Assembly: GCA_947574085.1 (NCBI GenBank)
Contig: CANPIH010000002.1
Coordinates: 1 to 50,926 of the forward strand
DNA: 50,926 nt
DNA from: an uncultured Mycoplasmatota bacterium
GTDB taxonomy: Bacteria > Bacillota_I > Bacilli_A > RF39 > UBA660
Reading direction: 5' to 3'
The translations under genes and the position numbers were made by a program. The notes under the pieces were generated by a model. The model made no database searches and was not told the origin of the DNA. It worked only from the letters and a program-made list of their open reading frames with translations. Positions within the stretch are counted from its first letter, which is position 1; every line of letters begins with the position of its first letter. Positions 17,523 to 26,859 of this stretch are shown piece by piece.

Positions 17523-18724
17523 TATTCATTACCACCTTTCATTTCATTATACAATTTGTTCATATTGTCTTCAACCTTATTTCTTTTATTATGATAGTAT
17601 TTCTTTCCCTTTAAATTTGCTGGTAGATATTCTTGATACACCCAATCATTTTTATAATCATGTGGATATTTATAAGAAGTACTACTGGTTTTAATATGAT
17701 TAGGAACATTTCCTGTATTTCCAGCATGAATATCATTTATGGCTTGATTTATAGCTAAATAAGCACTATTACTTTTGGGAGAGAGAGCCATTTCTGTTAC
17801 AACAACGCCTAATGGAATACGGGCTTCTGGAAGACCGAGTAGTTCGGAGGCATGGATAGCCGCCATTACTTTTGGTCCAATACTAGGATTTGCTAATCCA
17901 ATATCCTCATATGCAATCACACTCATACGTCGATAAATGCTATCTAAATCTCCAGCTTCCAATAGTCGTCCTAAATAATGAATGGCTGCATCAACATCAC
18001 TTCCTCGAATTGACTTTTGAAAAGCTGATAAAACATCGTAGTGACCATCTTCGTTCTTATCATGAAAAAAAACTGGTTTGCTATTAATTTGACTTACTAA
18101 ATCTATATCTATTTTTTTATCATTTGAAGAAGAATAAGAAACCTCTAATAAATTAATTGCACTTCGAAAATCTCCACTAGAAAGCTTAGCAATATAAGAA
18201 AGAGTTTCTTCATCAATAGTAATAGTATTTAATTTTTTACATGCTCTTTTTAAACCCAAAATAATATCTTCTAAAGAAAGTTCATGCAATTCAAAAATCT
18301 GTACACGACTACGAATTGCAGGATTAATTTTATGATAAGGATTCGAAGTGGTAAGACCAATTAAAATAATTAAACCACTTTCAATATAAGGTAAAAGTAA
18401 ATCTTGCTTATCTTTATTCATTCGATGGATCTCATCAAGGACAACCACCATTTCTCCATGAATCTTTGCTTCTTCAATTACAATGTCAAAATCTTTCTTA
18501 TTATTAATAGTTGCATTCAAAAAGCGACACAAAACGCCTAACTCATGTACAATTGCATTTGCTATGCTTGTCTTTCCAATACCTGGTTTTCCATACAAAA
18601 TAAAAGAAAATATTTTTTTGTTTTTTACCATATTGGATAAGATTTTTCCTTCACCAATTAAATGAGTTTGACCAATCACCTCATTTAAAAACTTAGGTCT
18701 TAACGTATTTGATAAAAGTTCCAT
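17522..18724 (-). CDS. rarA: Replication-associated recombination protein A (AAA+ ATPase)
   Basis: LRPKFLNEVIGQTHL, Walker A GKPGIGKTS, VLDEIHR, C-terminal MgsA domain (HYDVLSAFQKSIRGSD). Confidence 0.9.
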   Translation of the reverse strand: MELLSNTLRPKFLNEVIGQTHLIGEGKILSNMVKNKKIFSFILYGKPGIGKTSIANAIVHELGVLCRFLNATINNKKDFDIVIEEAKIHGEMVVVLDEIHRMNKDKQDLLLPYIESGLIILIGLTTSNPYHKINPAIRSRVQIFELHELSLEDIILGLKRACKKLNTITIDEETLSYIAKLSSGDFRSAINLLEVSYSSSNDKKIDIDLVSQINSKPVFFHDKNEDGHYDVLSAFQKSIRGSDVDAAIHYLGRLLEAGDLDSIYRRMSVIAYEDIGLANPSIGPKVMAAIHASELLGLPEARIPLGVVVTEMALSPKSNSAYLAINQAINDIHAGNTGNVPNHIKTSSTSYKYPHDYKNDWVYQEYLPANLKGKKYYHNKRNKVEDNMNKLYNEMKGGNE

Positions 18725-18863
18725 ACTATCACCTTTATTTATTATAACATAGAATTCTTTTGAAAATAGCTGTAAAAACGAATTTCAATTTATAAAAAAA
18801 TTTTTGTTAAATTGACAGATATAAAAAATTTTCTTATACTTTAAATAGAATAGAGTGACTTAT

Positions 18864-19751
18864 ATGAATAATCAAGAATATTATACAAAATATTTAGATT
18901 CCTTACAATTTGAAAGAAAATTATCCAAAAATACCATTCTTTCTTATCAAGACAATTTAAATCGTTTTGAAGAATTTATAAGTGGTAAAAAAATTAAAGA
19001 TATAACCCAAAAAGATATAGAAGCGTATTTAAAATTTAATGACTTAATGGCCGAAAAAAGCAAAGCTCACTATCTAACAGTAATCCGTAATTTTTATCAA
19101 TTTTTAGTATACGAGGATTTAATGGATAAAAATCCATGTGAAACCATAAAACAGCCGAAAATAAGCAAAACTTTACCTCATTATTTAACAGAAGAAGAAA
19201 CATACAAACTGCTTGATTTTCCATTAAATACGCCCTTTGATTATCGCAATAAAGCTATGTTGGAATTATTATATGCAACAGGCATTCGGGTAAGTGAACT
19301 TGTAAATCTTAAATTAACTAATATTCATTTAGATGAAGATTTAATTCGAGTTATGGGGAAGGGGAGTAAAGAACGACTTTGTCCAATTAGTGAAATTTGT
19401 GAAAAATATTTACGTATTTATATTTATGAATATAGAAATGGTTTACTTAAAAATAAAACAAGTGAATATTTATTTATCAATAATTTTGGGAACCCAATCA
19501 CAAGACAAGGATTCTTTAAAAATTTAAAACAAATAGCCCAAATGCAAAAAATTGAAAAAGAAATAAGTCCACACACCATAAGACATTCTTACGCCACTCA
19601 TTTACTTAGCCATGGGGCAGACTTACGAATTATCCAAGAATTACTTGGACATAGTGATTTAGCTACCACTGAGATCTATACGCACATTGTAAATGAAAAA
19701 ATAAAAAGTGAATATGAAAAACATCCACATGCAAAAAAAGAAGGAAATTAA
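18864..19751 (+). CDS. xerD: XerC/XerD-family tyrosine recombinase
   Basis: Catalytic pattern ATGIRVSEL..., HTIRHSYATHLL, LLGHSDLATTEIYTH. The ATG at 18864 is preferred over the GTG at 18855. XerD versus XerC cannot be decided from sequence alone. Confidence 0.8.
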   Translation: MNNQEYYTKYLDSLQFERKLSKNTILSYQDNLNRFEEFISGKKIKDITQKDIEAYLKFNDLMAEKSKAHYLTVIRNFYQFLVYEDLMDKNPCETIKQPKISKTLPHYLTEEETYKLLDFPLNTPFDYRNKAMLELLYATGIRVSELVNLKLTNIHLDEDLIRVMGKGSKERLCPISEICEKYLRIYIYEYRNGLLKNKTSEYLFINNFGNPITRQGFFKNLKQIAQMQKIEKEISPHTIRHSYATHLLSHGADLRIIQELLGHSDLATTEIYTHIVNEKIKSEYEKHPHAKKEGN

Positions 19752-19790
19752 AATTATTTTTCTAATTTGTAAAGTTTTTACTAATACAAT

Positions 19791-19814
19791 AAAAAACCTA
19801 GTGTTTCCACTAGG
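19791..19814 (-). terminator. Rho-independent terminator for the minus-strand small ORF
   Basis: CCTAGTG-tttc-CACTAGG (19797-19814), with an A6 run on the plus strand that gives a U-run on the minus transcript. Confidence 0.6.
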
Positions 19815-19867
19815 CTCAACTGCACTATAAAACGTACAGCTTAAGAATTTAAAAAAATTAAATTCTA

Positions 19868-20014
19868 TTAACGACTTTGTTCGTTTTTACTAGATTTTCT
19901 ATTATTTCTAGAATTTTCATTTTGTTTTTGATTATTTTGTCTACTATTATGAGTTCTAGAATTACTATTAGAATTTCTACTATTACGAGAATTAGTATTA
20001 TTATTTCTTTCCAT
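19868..20014 (-). CDS. Unlisted 48-aa N/S/R-rich hydrophilic small protein
   Basis: MERNNNTNSRNSRNSNSNSRTHNSRQNNQKQNENSRNNRKSSKNEQSR. Strong SD GGGAGG upstream of the ATG (20012-20014). Terminator downstream. Confidence 0.5.
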   Translation of the reverse strand: MERNNNTNSRNSRNSNSNSRTHNSRQNNQKQNENSRNNRKSSKNEQSR

Positions 20015-20085
20015 AATTTCTTTACCTCCCATTAGTATTATGTACTTTTTATAAAACTTAATTCATAAATTATAATGGTGATACT

Positions 20086-20838
20086 ATGGAAATTATTGGA
20101 CCTTTACTAATTTCTACCATTGCAGGATTATCAACGACTATTGGTTCATTGGTTATATTTTTAAAGATAAAAAAGAAAAACATTACAAAATTTATATCAT
20201 TCTGTTTAAGTTTATCAATCGCCATTATGATAGGAATTAGTATATCAGAATTGATTCCAGAATCTTTATTTCAACTTTTAAATAAAAACATAGGCAAAGG
20301 TGTTATTATAAGTATTGCCTCTTTTATTATTGGTGTAATTTTAATCAAAATTTTTACCATTTTAATTGAGAAGCAAAAGAAAAATGCTACTAATTTATAT
20401 AAATTAGGCATTTTAAGTATGTTAGCGTTAATGTTTCATAATTTTCCAGAAGGAATTGCTACATTCTTAAGTGCTTATCAAGATATGGATTTAGGAATTA
20501 AATTAGGTATTGCCATTATGCTTCATAATATTCCAGAAGGTATTAGTATAGCTGTACCCATTTATTATGCTACAGGAAGCAAAAAAGAAGCTATAAAAAA
20601 AGCATTTATTTCTGGTCTAGCAGAACCTATTGGTGCCATCCTTGCTTTTCTACTATTCAAAAATTTTATTACCAATACCTTCATTAGTATTATTCTTTTA
20701 TTGGTTGCTGGAATTATGATTACCATTTCAATCGAAGAAATATATCCAGAAATTAGAAAATACAAAGAAAATAAATTATTTTATTTTGGAATAATTACTG
20801 GGATAGTATTATTAATAATAAATCATTTTTGTTTTTAA
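20086..20838 (+). CDS. zupT: ZIP-family zinc transporter ZupT
   Basis: Polytopic protein with paired HNFPEGIA and HNIPEGISIA motifs. Confidence 0.88.
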   Translation: MEIIGPLLISTIAGLSTTIGSLVIFLKIKKKNITKFISFCLSLSIAIMIGISISELIPESLFQLLNKNIGKGVIISIASFIIGVILIKIFTILIEKQKKNATNLYKLGILSMLALMFHNFPEGIATFLSAYQDMDLGIKLGIAIMLHNIPEGISIAVPIYYATGSKKEAIKKAFISGLAEPIGAILAFLLFKNFITNTFISIILLLVAGIMITISIEEIYPEIRKYKENKLFYFGIITGIVLLIINHFCF

Positions 20839-20853
20839 GAAAGAAGGATTCTC

Positions 20854-21486
20854 ATGAAAAGAGTAGGGATATTCCTAAGAGATTATAAAAGTAGTTCTAA
20901 TAATAATCTGTTAGCCATTCGAAAAGATTTAATAGAATATTTAAATAAATATATCCTTGAAATTATTTGTATTCCAATTTCTTATGAAAATAATGAATAC
21001 GAGGAACTGGAAAAAATAGTTAAATTAATACAAACCTGTAATGGTATAATATTGCCAGGTGGTGGAGGAGAAATAGAAGACTTAGACTTAAAAATAGTAA
21101 AATATTTATTTGAACAAAATATTCCCACATTAGGTATTTGTATGGGAATGCAAATGATGGCATTAGCTTTTGATGGTGACTTAAAAAAATTAAATACAAC
21201 GATGCACCAAAGTGAAAAAAAATATGTACATGAAATAAAGATCAAAGAGGGAAGTAAGCTTTTTGATATAATAAAAGAGCCTACTATATTAGTAAATAGC
21301 AGACATAGTGAATATATTACTACAACAGATCTTTCTATATCTGCCATATCAAGTGATTTAAAAATAGAAGCAATTGAAAATTCTATTAAAAAATTTTTTA
21401 TTGGTGTTGAATGGCATCCAGAAAGTTTAAAAGAAAATATTTATTCTAAAAGATTATTTGATTTTTTTATTAATTCTTTAAAATAG
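20854..21486 (+). CDS. Class I glutamine amidotransferase-like / peptidase C26 gamma-glutamyl hydrolase family protein
   Basis: Nucleophile elbow GICMGMQMM and VEWHPE His/Glu motif. Confidence 0.75.
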   Translation: MKRVGIFLRDYKSSSNNNLLAIRKDLIEYLNKYILEIICIPISYENNEYEELEKIVKLIQTCNGIILPGGGGEIEDLDLKIVKYLFEQNIPTLGICMGMQMMALAFDGDLKKLNTTMHQSEKKYVHEIKIKEGSKLFDIIKEPTILVNSRHSEYITTTDLSISAISSDLKIEAIENSIKKFFIGVEWHPESLKENIYSKRLFDFFINSLK

Positions 21487-21593
21487 CAAACAATAAAGAT
21501 AAATCTTAATAAGAACATACGAAATCAAGTATATCTCTTTTTGCATGTCCTGTATTGTGTGTTTTCTTTAATTATATAACGCAGAAATCTTTA

Positions 21594-21621
21594 AGTTAAC
21601 ATAACATATATTATGCGAAAT
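21594..21621. other. Candidate dif (XerCD) site
   Basis: AGTTAACATAA-CATATA-TTATGCGAAAT. The inner CATAA/TTATG inverted arms and AT-rich 6-bp core match the dif architecture. By my hand alignment, 19 of 28 positions match the remembered B. subtilis dif. Lies in a convergent intergenic gap. Confidence 0.4.
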
Positions 21622-21646
21622 TTAAAAACAAAATAAAAAAAGGCTA

Positions 21647-22423
21647 TTAAACCTTTCGAGATTCTATTTCTGCAATTTTTTCAATAACTTCTTGAGCATT
21701 TGCTTCATTAATTTCCGTATATCCTAGCTCTTTTAAAGCTTGAATTTTAATAGTATTTAATTGTTGAGTACGACTTAACTTTTCTTCATTTTTTTGTTCT
21801 ATTTCTTGAACAAAACGCTTATGACTTTCAGCAAGTTTGCTTCTACTAGCACCACCATTATTATATAAAGTTAACGCGGAATATAAAATACCTTCAAAAA
21901 TAAACTGTTTGTCTTCATTGAATTTATAATCCTCTGGATTTGTAAATCCTGTTGTTTTAGACATATAACCAAAAATATATTTTATTTCAGGAACATTATC
22001 TATAGACTGCATCATATGATACAAATATTGAATGGCATAAAAGTTTTCTTCTTTTTTAGATTCATCTAATAATTTTTCTTTTAATAAATAAGACAAATCT
22101 GCAAGAAGTGATTGTTCTTCTTTATTTAATCCTTTCATATCAAAGTAGCTATCCATTTCGCTGGAAGATTTAACACCTTGATTCAATCTTGATTCAACAG
22201 CCATTAAGTAATCAGTTGTTACTTTAAGAGCTTTAATTGTGCCTTCTTCTCCATCTTCTATGTCTAGTAATTTGTACAATAAAATCTTTTTTTCTTTTGG
22301 CCATTTATTGATGTCATCCAATTCCAAGTAATTATATACCATCTGACGACTAACTCCTAAATATTTAGCAAGCCTAACCTTTGAAATTCCTAATTCTTGT
22401 AATAATTCATTCAAACGATTCAT
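21647..22423 (-). CDS. XRE-family HTH protein with a C-terminal domain of about 190 aa and unknown function
   Basis: N-terminal LGISKVRLAKYLGVSRQMVYNYL helix-turn-helix. Remainder unassigned. Confidence 0.75.
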   Translation of the reverse strand: MNRLNELLQELGISKVRLAKYLGVSRQMVYNYLELDDINKWPKEKKILLYKLLDIEDGEEGTIKALKVTTDYLMAVESRLNQGVKSSSEMDSYFDMKGLNKEEQSLLADLSYLLKEKLLDESKKEENFYAIQYLYHMMQSIDNVPEIKYIFGYMSKTTGFTNPEDYKFNEDKQFIFEGILYSALTLYNNGGASRSKLAESHKRFVQEIEQKNEEKLSRTQQLNTIKIQALKELGYTEINEANAQEVIEKIAEIESRKV

Positions 22424-22452
22424 CTAGTTTACCTCCTTGATTTTACATTTAA

Positions 22453-22484
22453 ATTATATCATTTAACACTTATTTGTCAAGTGT
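22453..22484 (-). promoter_or_regulatory. Promoter with overlapping palindromic operator for the XRE-family gene
   Basis: On the minus strand: TTGACA (22475-22480), 16-nt spacer, TGaTATAAT (TATAAT at 22453-22458). The palindrome ACACTT-n7-AAGTGT (22466-22484) overlaps the -35. A further AGTGTAAA repeat lies upstream. Confidence 0.55.
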
Positions 22485-22498
22485 AAATGAGTGTAAAC

Positions 22499-23602
22499 TT
22501 ATATATAAAATAATTTTTCTCCATTCTTATAAATATCTTTTATAATGCCACTTCCTAAGCATTCTTCTCCTAAATAAAATACACAAGCCTGCCCTGGAGT
22601 CACTGATTTTACTCTTTCTGGATAAGAAACTTTGATGTGATTTTCATCAATGTAGTCTAAAACAACAGGATAATCTTCTCCCCGATAACGAAATTTTGCA
22701 GTACAATTTCTTGGACGATTTTCACTAATGAAATTAATATCTTCCAAAATACAAGCATCACTATACAAATATTCACTATCTCCAAAAGCAACATATAGAA
22801 TATTATTATTTACATCCTTCCCACAAACATAGTGACGTTTTTCATCCCCACTAATTCCTACATTTCTTCGTTGACCAATGGTATAATTCATTAATCCTGT
22901 ATGCATTCCTATTTTTGTACTGGTTTCAACGTTTAAAATTGGTCCTGGATTAGGTTTTAAATAATTTTTAATGAACTCTTGATAATTACGTTCTCCAATA
23001 AAACAAATTCCTGTAGAATCTTTTTTTTGAGCAACATTTAATCCAATTTCCCTTGCTATTTTACGCACCTCTGTTTTTTCCAAATTTCCTAAAGGAAATA
23101 ATACATTTTCAAGTTGTTCTTTTGAAATTTTTGCTAAAAAATAGCTTTGATCTTTATTTAGATCTATACCACGTAATAATTTGTTATTTTTGCATCTAGC
23201 ATAATGACCTGTTGCCATATAGTCAGCCCCAAGCTTCATAGCTTCTTTTTTAAATAAATCAAACTTAATATATTTATTGCATAATAAATCTGGATTAGGT
23301 GTTCTACCCTGTTCCAATTCCTTTAAAAAATAAGTAAAAACAAAATTCCAATATTCTTTGATAAAATCAACACGATGTAAAGGAATATTTAAAATCTTAC
23401 ATGCTTCTAAAGCGTCATTATAATCTTGTTCTTGAGGGCATATATTATTATTCAAATTTGGATTTCCGTTTATATCATTATTTACTAAACTATCCCAATT
23501 TCGCATAAAAAGTCCTTCTACTTCATATCCATCTTTTTTTAATAAATAAGCTGCTACAGCAGAATCTACTCCGCCCGATATACCAACAATTACTTTAGTC
23601 AT
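22499..23602 (-). CDS. mnmA: tRNA-specific 2-thiouridylase
   Basis: PP-loop VGISGGVDSAV plus MnmA core (GICFIG, ATGHYAR). Start moved to the ATG at 23602, because the track start at 23665 adds 21 implausible residues. Confidence 0.9.
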   Translation of the reverse strand: MTKVIVGISGGVDSAVAAYLLKKDGYEVEGLFMRNWDSLVNNDINGNPNLNNNICPQEQDYNDALEACKILNIPLHRVDFIKEYWNFVFTYFLKELEQGRTPNPDLLCNKYIKFDLFKKEAMKLGADYMATGHYARCKNNKLLRGIDLNKDQSYFLAKISKEQLENVLFPLGNLEKTEVRKIAREIGLNVAQKKDSTGICFIGERNYQEFIKNYLKPNPGPILNVETSTKIGMHTGLMNYTIGQRRNVGISGDEKRHYVCGKDVNNNILYVAFGDSEYLYSDACILEDINFISENRPRNCTAKFRYRGEDYPVVLDYIDENHIKVSYPERVKSVTPGQACVFYLGEECLGSGIIKDIYKNGEKLFYI

Positions 23603-23681
23603 AATACCACCTAATTCATTTCCATTATAACAAGAAATGAATGCAAAAGAAAGATAAGAAAACACCTAATTTTTACACTTT

Positions 23682-24251
23682 TTATCCTAATATAAATATT
23701 ATAAGACGATTGCCAAGAAAATAAATAAAAACATCATTAATTAAAACTAAAATAATAAAAACAAAAATAAACTTTAAATTTTTTATAAAATCATAGCTTT
23801 TATTTTTTAAACAAATAATATAGCTTTTTATATAATGAACTGATTTCACAAATAGCAAGAACAAGAAAAACAAAAAGATAAATTTTACAAGAAGAAAATA
23901 AATTAGAAAATACCAAATTGCGTTTATTTTGTAAAGAGAAAAGAAAATTGGTAAAATAAATCCTATAGAAATTCCTTCAAAAAAAATATAAAAAACTAAA
24001 AAAGGAAGCCCAACAAAACAAAACAATGTAGAACAAATAAGAAGTAAAATAATGAAATGATAAAATATATTTTTTATTGTAAAAATATTTTCTTGAAATA
24101 GATTAGTCATTGAAAGAAGAATGGTCTCTTTAATAGAAGGCTCTTGTTTAAAATAGAAAAGAATTCCTGTAGCAAAGCCAAAAAGAAATAGTATTGTTAT
24201 AAATAAAAATAAATTTTTGTGTCTTTTTAAGCTTGTCCAAATTGATTTCAT
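23682..24251 (-). CDS. Polytopic membrane protein (possibly SpoIIM/DUF95-like)
   Basis: Four to five hydrophobic spans. The FEGISIGF segment is reminiscent of DUF95. Weak call. Confidence 0.5.
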   Translation of the reverse strand: MKSIWTSLKRHKNLFLFITILFLFGFATGILFYFKQEPSIKETILLSMTNLFQENIFTIKNIFYHFIILLLICSTLFCFVGLPFLVFYIFFEGISIGFILPIFFSLYKINAIWYFLIYFLLVKFIFLFFLFLLFVKSVHYIKSYIICLKNKSYDFIKNLKFIFVFIILVLINDVFIYFLGNRLIIFILG

Positions 24252-24326
24252 TTTATCACCTTTTTTAAATCTTATTTACTAACTAAAAAAAATATGATAA
24301 ATTTATAAGTATTAGAGGTGAATTTC

Positions 24327-24428
24327 ATGAAAAAAAGAACTAGAAAAATACTTGTTTGGACTATGTTACTATTAATGATAGGAAGTGTATTTGCAACACT
24401 TATTGGCTATATGCTTTCTGCAAATTAA
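24327..24428 (+). CDS. Unlisted 33-aa single-pass membrane peptide
   Basis: MKKRTRKILVWTMLLLMIGSVFATLIGYMLSAN. SD AGAGGTG upstream. Terminator follows immediately. Confidence 0.4.
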   Translation: MKKRTRKILVWTMLLLMIGSVFATLIGYMLSAN

Positions 24429-24429
24429 G

Positions 24430-24452
24430 AACCTAAGGAATTAGGTTTTTTT
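24430..24452 (+). terminator. Rho-independent terminator
   Basis: AACCTAA-ggaa-TTAGGTT followed by a T-run. Confidence 0.6.
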
Positions 24453-24511
24453 CTTGTATGTTATTCTTTTTTATTATATAATAAGAAAAAATAAAGAGGA
24501 TAGTGAAATTT

Positions 24512-25777
24512 ATGTTTAAAGAATATGATTATGAAAAATTACCCGTTGTTGATATCGTTAATGAAATGATTTTAGATGCAGCAAAAAAAAATGCGAGTGA
24601 CATCCATTTTGACCCTACTCCAACCATTTTAAATGTTCGAATAAGAATTGATGGAGAATTAATTAATTATGCAACGGTTCCCGAATCTGTAAAGAATCCT
24701 TTAATCACACGCATCAAAATTATTTCTGGAATGAATATTACAGAATCAAGACTTCCACAAGATGGAGCAATAAAAAATTTAATTAAAGACGATAGTTTGG
24801 ATTTACGTGTTTCTTCTCTTCCTACTGTATATGGTGAAAAAGTAGTAATTCGTATTTTGGATTATAAAATGAGTACCAATGGGTTAGAATCTTTAGGATT
24901 TTCGCAAAAAAATTTAGCAAAAGTGCAAAAATTAATCAATGAACCTAATGGAATTCTTTTAATCACTGGTGCAACGGGTACTGGAAAATCTACAACAGTT
25001 TATTCTATGTTGCAAAGTTTAAATACAACGGAAAGAAATATTATCACAGTAGAAGATCCTGTAGAAATGAAACTTGCTGGTATTAATCAAGTACAAACTA
25101 TGAGTGAAATTGGTTTAACTTTTGCAAACGCTTTAAGAAGTATTTTAAGACAAGATCCCAATGTTATTATGATTGGAGAAATTCGTGATGACGAAACAGC
25201 TAGAATTGCTGTACGTGCTTCTATTACTGGACACTTAGTACTATCTACAATTCATACAAATAATTCTTTAAATACCATTGAAAGACTTTTAGACATGGAT
25301 GTAGAACGTTATTTGTTAGGATCAGCTCTTACTGGAGTAATTAGTCAAAGATTAGTTAAAAAACTATGCCCAAAATGTCGTACTTCAAGACCAGCTACAC
25401 TATATGAAAAAAACGTATTTAAGCAAGTATTAGGAATGGATATTACAGACATTTATGCTCCCGTTGGATGTGATGAATGTTATCAAGGATATAAAGGACG
25501 TATTGCCATACAAGAAGTACTAGTAATCGATCAAAATATACGAGACGCGATTACTAATGATATACGAAAAGAAGAATTACGAAAACTAGTCTACAAAAAA
25601 GATTCAACTATTACACTTTTAGAAGATGGATTAACCAAAGTTATGGAAGGTCTATCAAGTTTTGAAGAGATTTTAAGAGTTATAGATATTGATGACGACT
25701 TAGGTAGTGAAGAAATAAATATAAAAAACGCATTAATTGGTAAAACACAAGAAGTAACACCAATAGAAACATTGTAA
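24512..25777 (+). CDS. pilB: GspE/PilB-family type IV pilus (or competence pseudopilus) assembly ATPase
   Basis: Walker A GATGTGKST, GEIRD, His box LVLSTIHTNN, tetracysteine CPKC...CDEC. The ATG at 24512 lies behind AGAGGA. Confidence 0.88.
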   Translation: MFKEYDYEKLPVVDIVNEMILDAAKKNASDIHFDPTPTILNVRIRIDGELINYATVPESVKNPLITRIKIISGMNITESRLPQDGAIKNLIKDDSLDLRVSSLPTVYGEKVVIRILDYKMSTNGLESLGFSQKNLAKVQKLINEPNGILLITGATGTGKSTTVYSMLQSLNTTERNIITVEDPVEMKLAGINQVQTMSEIGLTFANALRSILRQDPNVIMIGEIRDDETARIAVRASITGHLVLSTIHTNNSLNTIERLLDMDVERYLLGSALTGVISQRLVKKLCPKCRTSRPATLYEKNVFKQVLGMDITDIYAPVGCDECYQGYKGRIAIQEVLVIDQNIRDAITNDIRKEELRKLVYKKDSTITLLEDGLTKVMEGLSSFEEILRVIDIDDDLGSEEINIKNALIGKTQEVTPIETL

Positions 25778-26000
25778 AATTTTTACAAAAAATACTAATT
25801 ATTGTTAAAATGTCTTTATTTATAAGTTATAAATAACTGCAAAAATATTTTACTACTTTTGAAAACAAAAACATAAGAAATTATAACATTTTATAAGAAT
25901 ATCTTTCAAAAACAAAAAAGCCATAAACGCTTATAAATACAGGTTATAACGCTATTTAAGAACTTATAAAAAGATACTCATAAAAATGCAATATTTTTAT

Positions 26001-26032
26001 AAAAAAACTATTAATTTGTTAATAGTTTTTTT
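26001..26032. terminator. Bidirectional terminator between convergent pilB and pilD
   Basis: A7-CTATTAA-tttg-TTAATAG-T7. Confidence 0.6.
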
Positions 26033-26047
26033 ACTTGTTTTAAATAA

Positions 26048-26851
26048 TTAAAATAAAAAGAATATATATTTAAACTTTTCAAGAAAGAAAAAAACAATTA
26101 GTGTACTACTTGCTAAAAATGGTCCAAATGGTACTTCATTGTCTTTTTTTAAAAGCATGGAAGCTATCGCATATGGAAGAGCTAAAAAAGTAGAAAATAC
26201 TAATGCAATTAAAGTAATTCTACTACCAGAAAACACAGAAAGTAAAATCGAAGAATTAAAAATAAATTTACTTTGACTAAGTGCTAAACCCATTACAAAA
26301 GCAAATTTTATATCTCCACCTCCCAGTGCCTCTTTTTTAAATAAAATGGTTCCAATTTTACCAATGACCAACATAATTAAAAATGAAAAAACACCACATA
26401 ATACCGAAAAGAATACTTCATTTGCACCATAATACAAATATTTTAAGATAATAACAAAAAGACTTGAAATTAATAATGGAGAGTCTAATATTAACATATA
26501 TTTAAAATCAGTAATAAAAATTAAAATAGTTAAAGAAGACAAAATTAAGGCTATAAAAAATTCATAAGAGACTCCAAATTTTAAATAAGATAGGAAAAAA
26601 AGAACTCCGGCAAATAGTTCATACAAAAGATATTCTTTTGAAAGTTTATGATTACATTTTAAACATTTTCCTCGTAAAATTAAATAGGAAAAAAGAGGTA
26701 TTAATTCAAACCATTTTAAAAAATGATTGCAATAAGTACAATGGCTTCTAGGTCTTAGTAAGGATTCATTATTTGGTAGCCGTGTCCCTACAACATAGAA
26801 AAAAGAACCAAAAATAGTCCCTAAAATAAATATATATATACTACAAAACAT
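26048..26851 (-). CDS. pilD: Prepilin peptidase (A24 family)
   Basis: N-terminal CTYC...CLKC zinc motif, polytopic, GGGDIKF aspartyl motif. Confidence 0.88.
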   Translation of the reverse strand: MFCSIYIFILGTIFGSFFYVVGTRLPNNESLLRPRSHCTYCNHFLKWFELIPLFSYLILRGKCLKCNHKLSKEYLLYELFAGVLFFLSYLKFGVSYEFFIALILSSLTILIFITDFKYMLILDSPLLISSLFVIILKYLYYGANEVFFSVLCGVFSFLIMLVIGKIGTILFKKEALGGGDIKFAFVMGLALSQSKFIFNSSILLSVFSGSRITLIALVFSTFLALPYAIASMLLKKDNEVPFGPFLASSTLIVFFFLEKFKYIFFLF

Positions 26852-26859
26852 AAAATCTC

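Noticed and set aside
20040-20085. Possible Zur box upstream of zupT (TAATTcataAATTA overlapping the -10 TATAAT)
   Set aside because: Only a 5-bp AT-only inverted repeat is present. It does not match the TCGTAAT-N-ATTACGA core well enough to distinguish from chance in AT-rich DNA.
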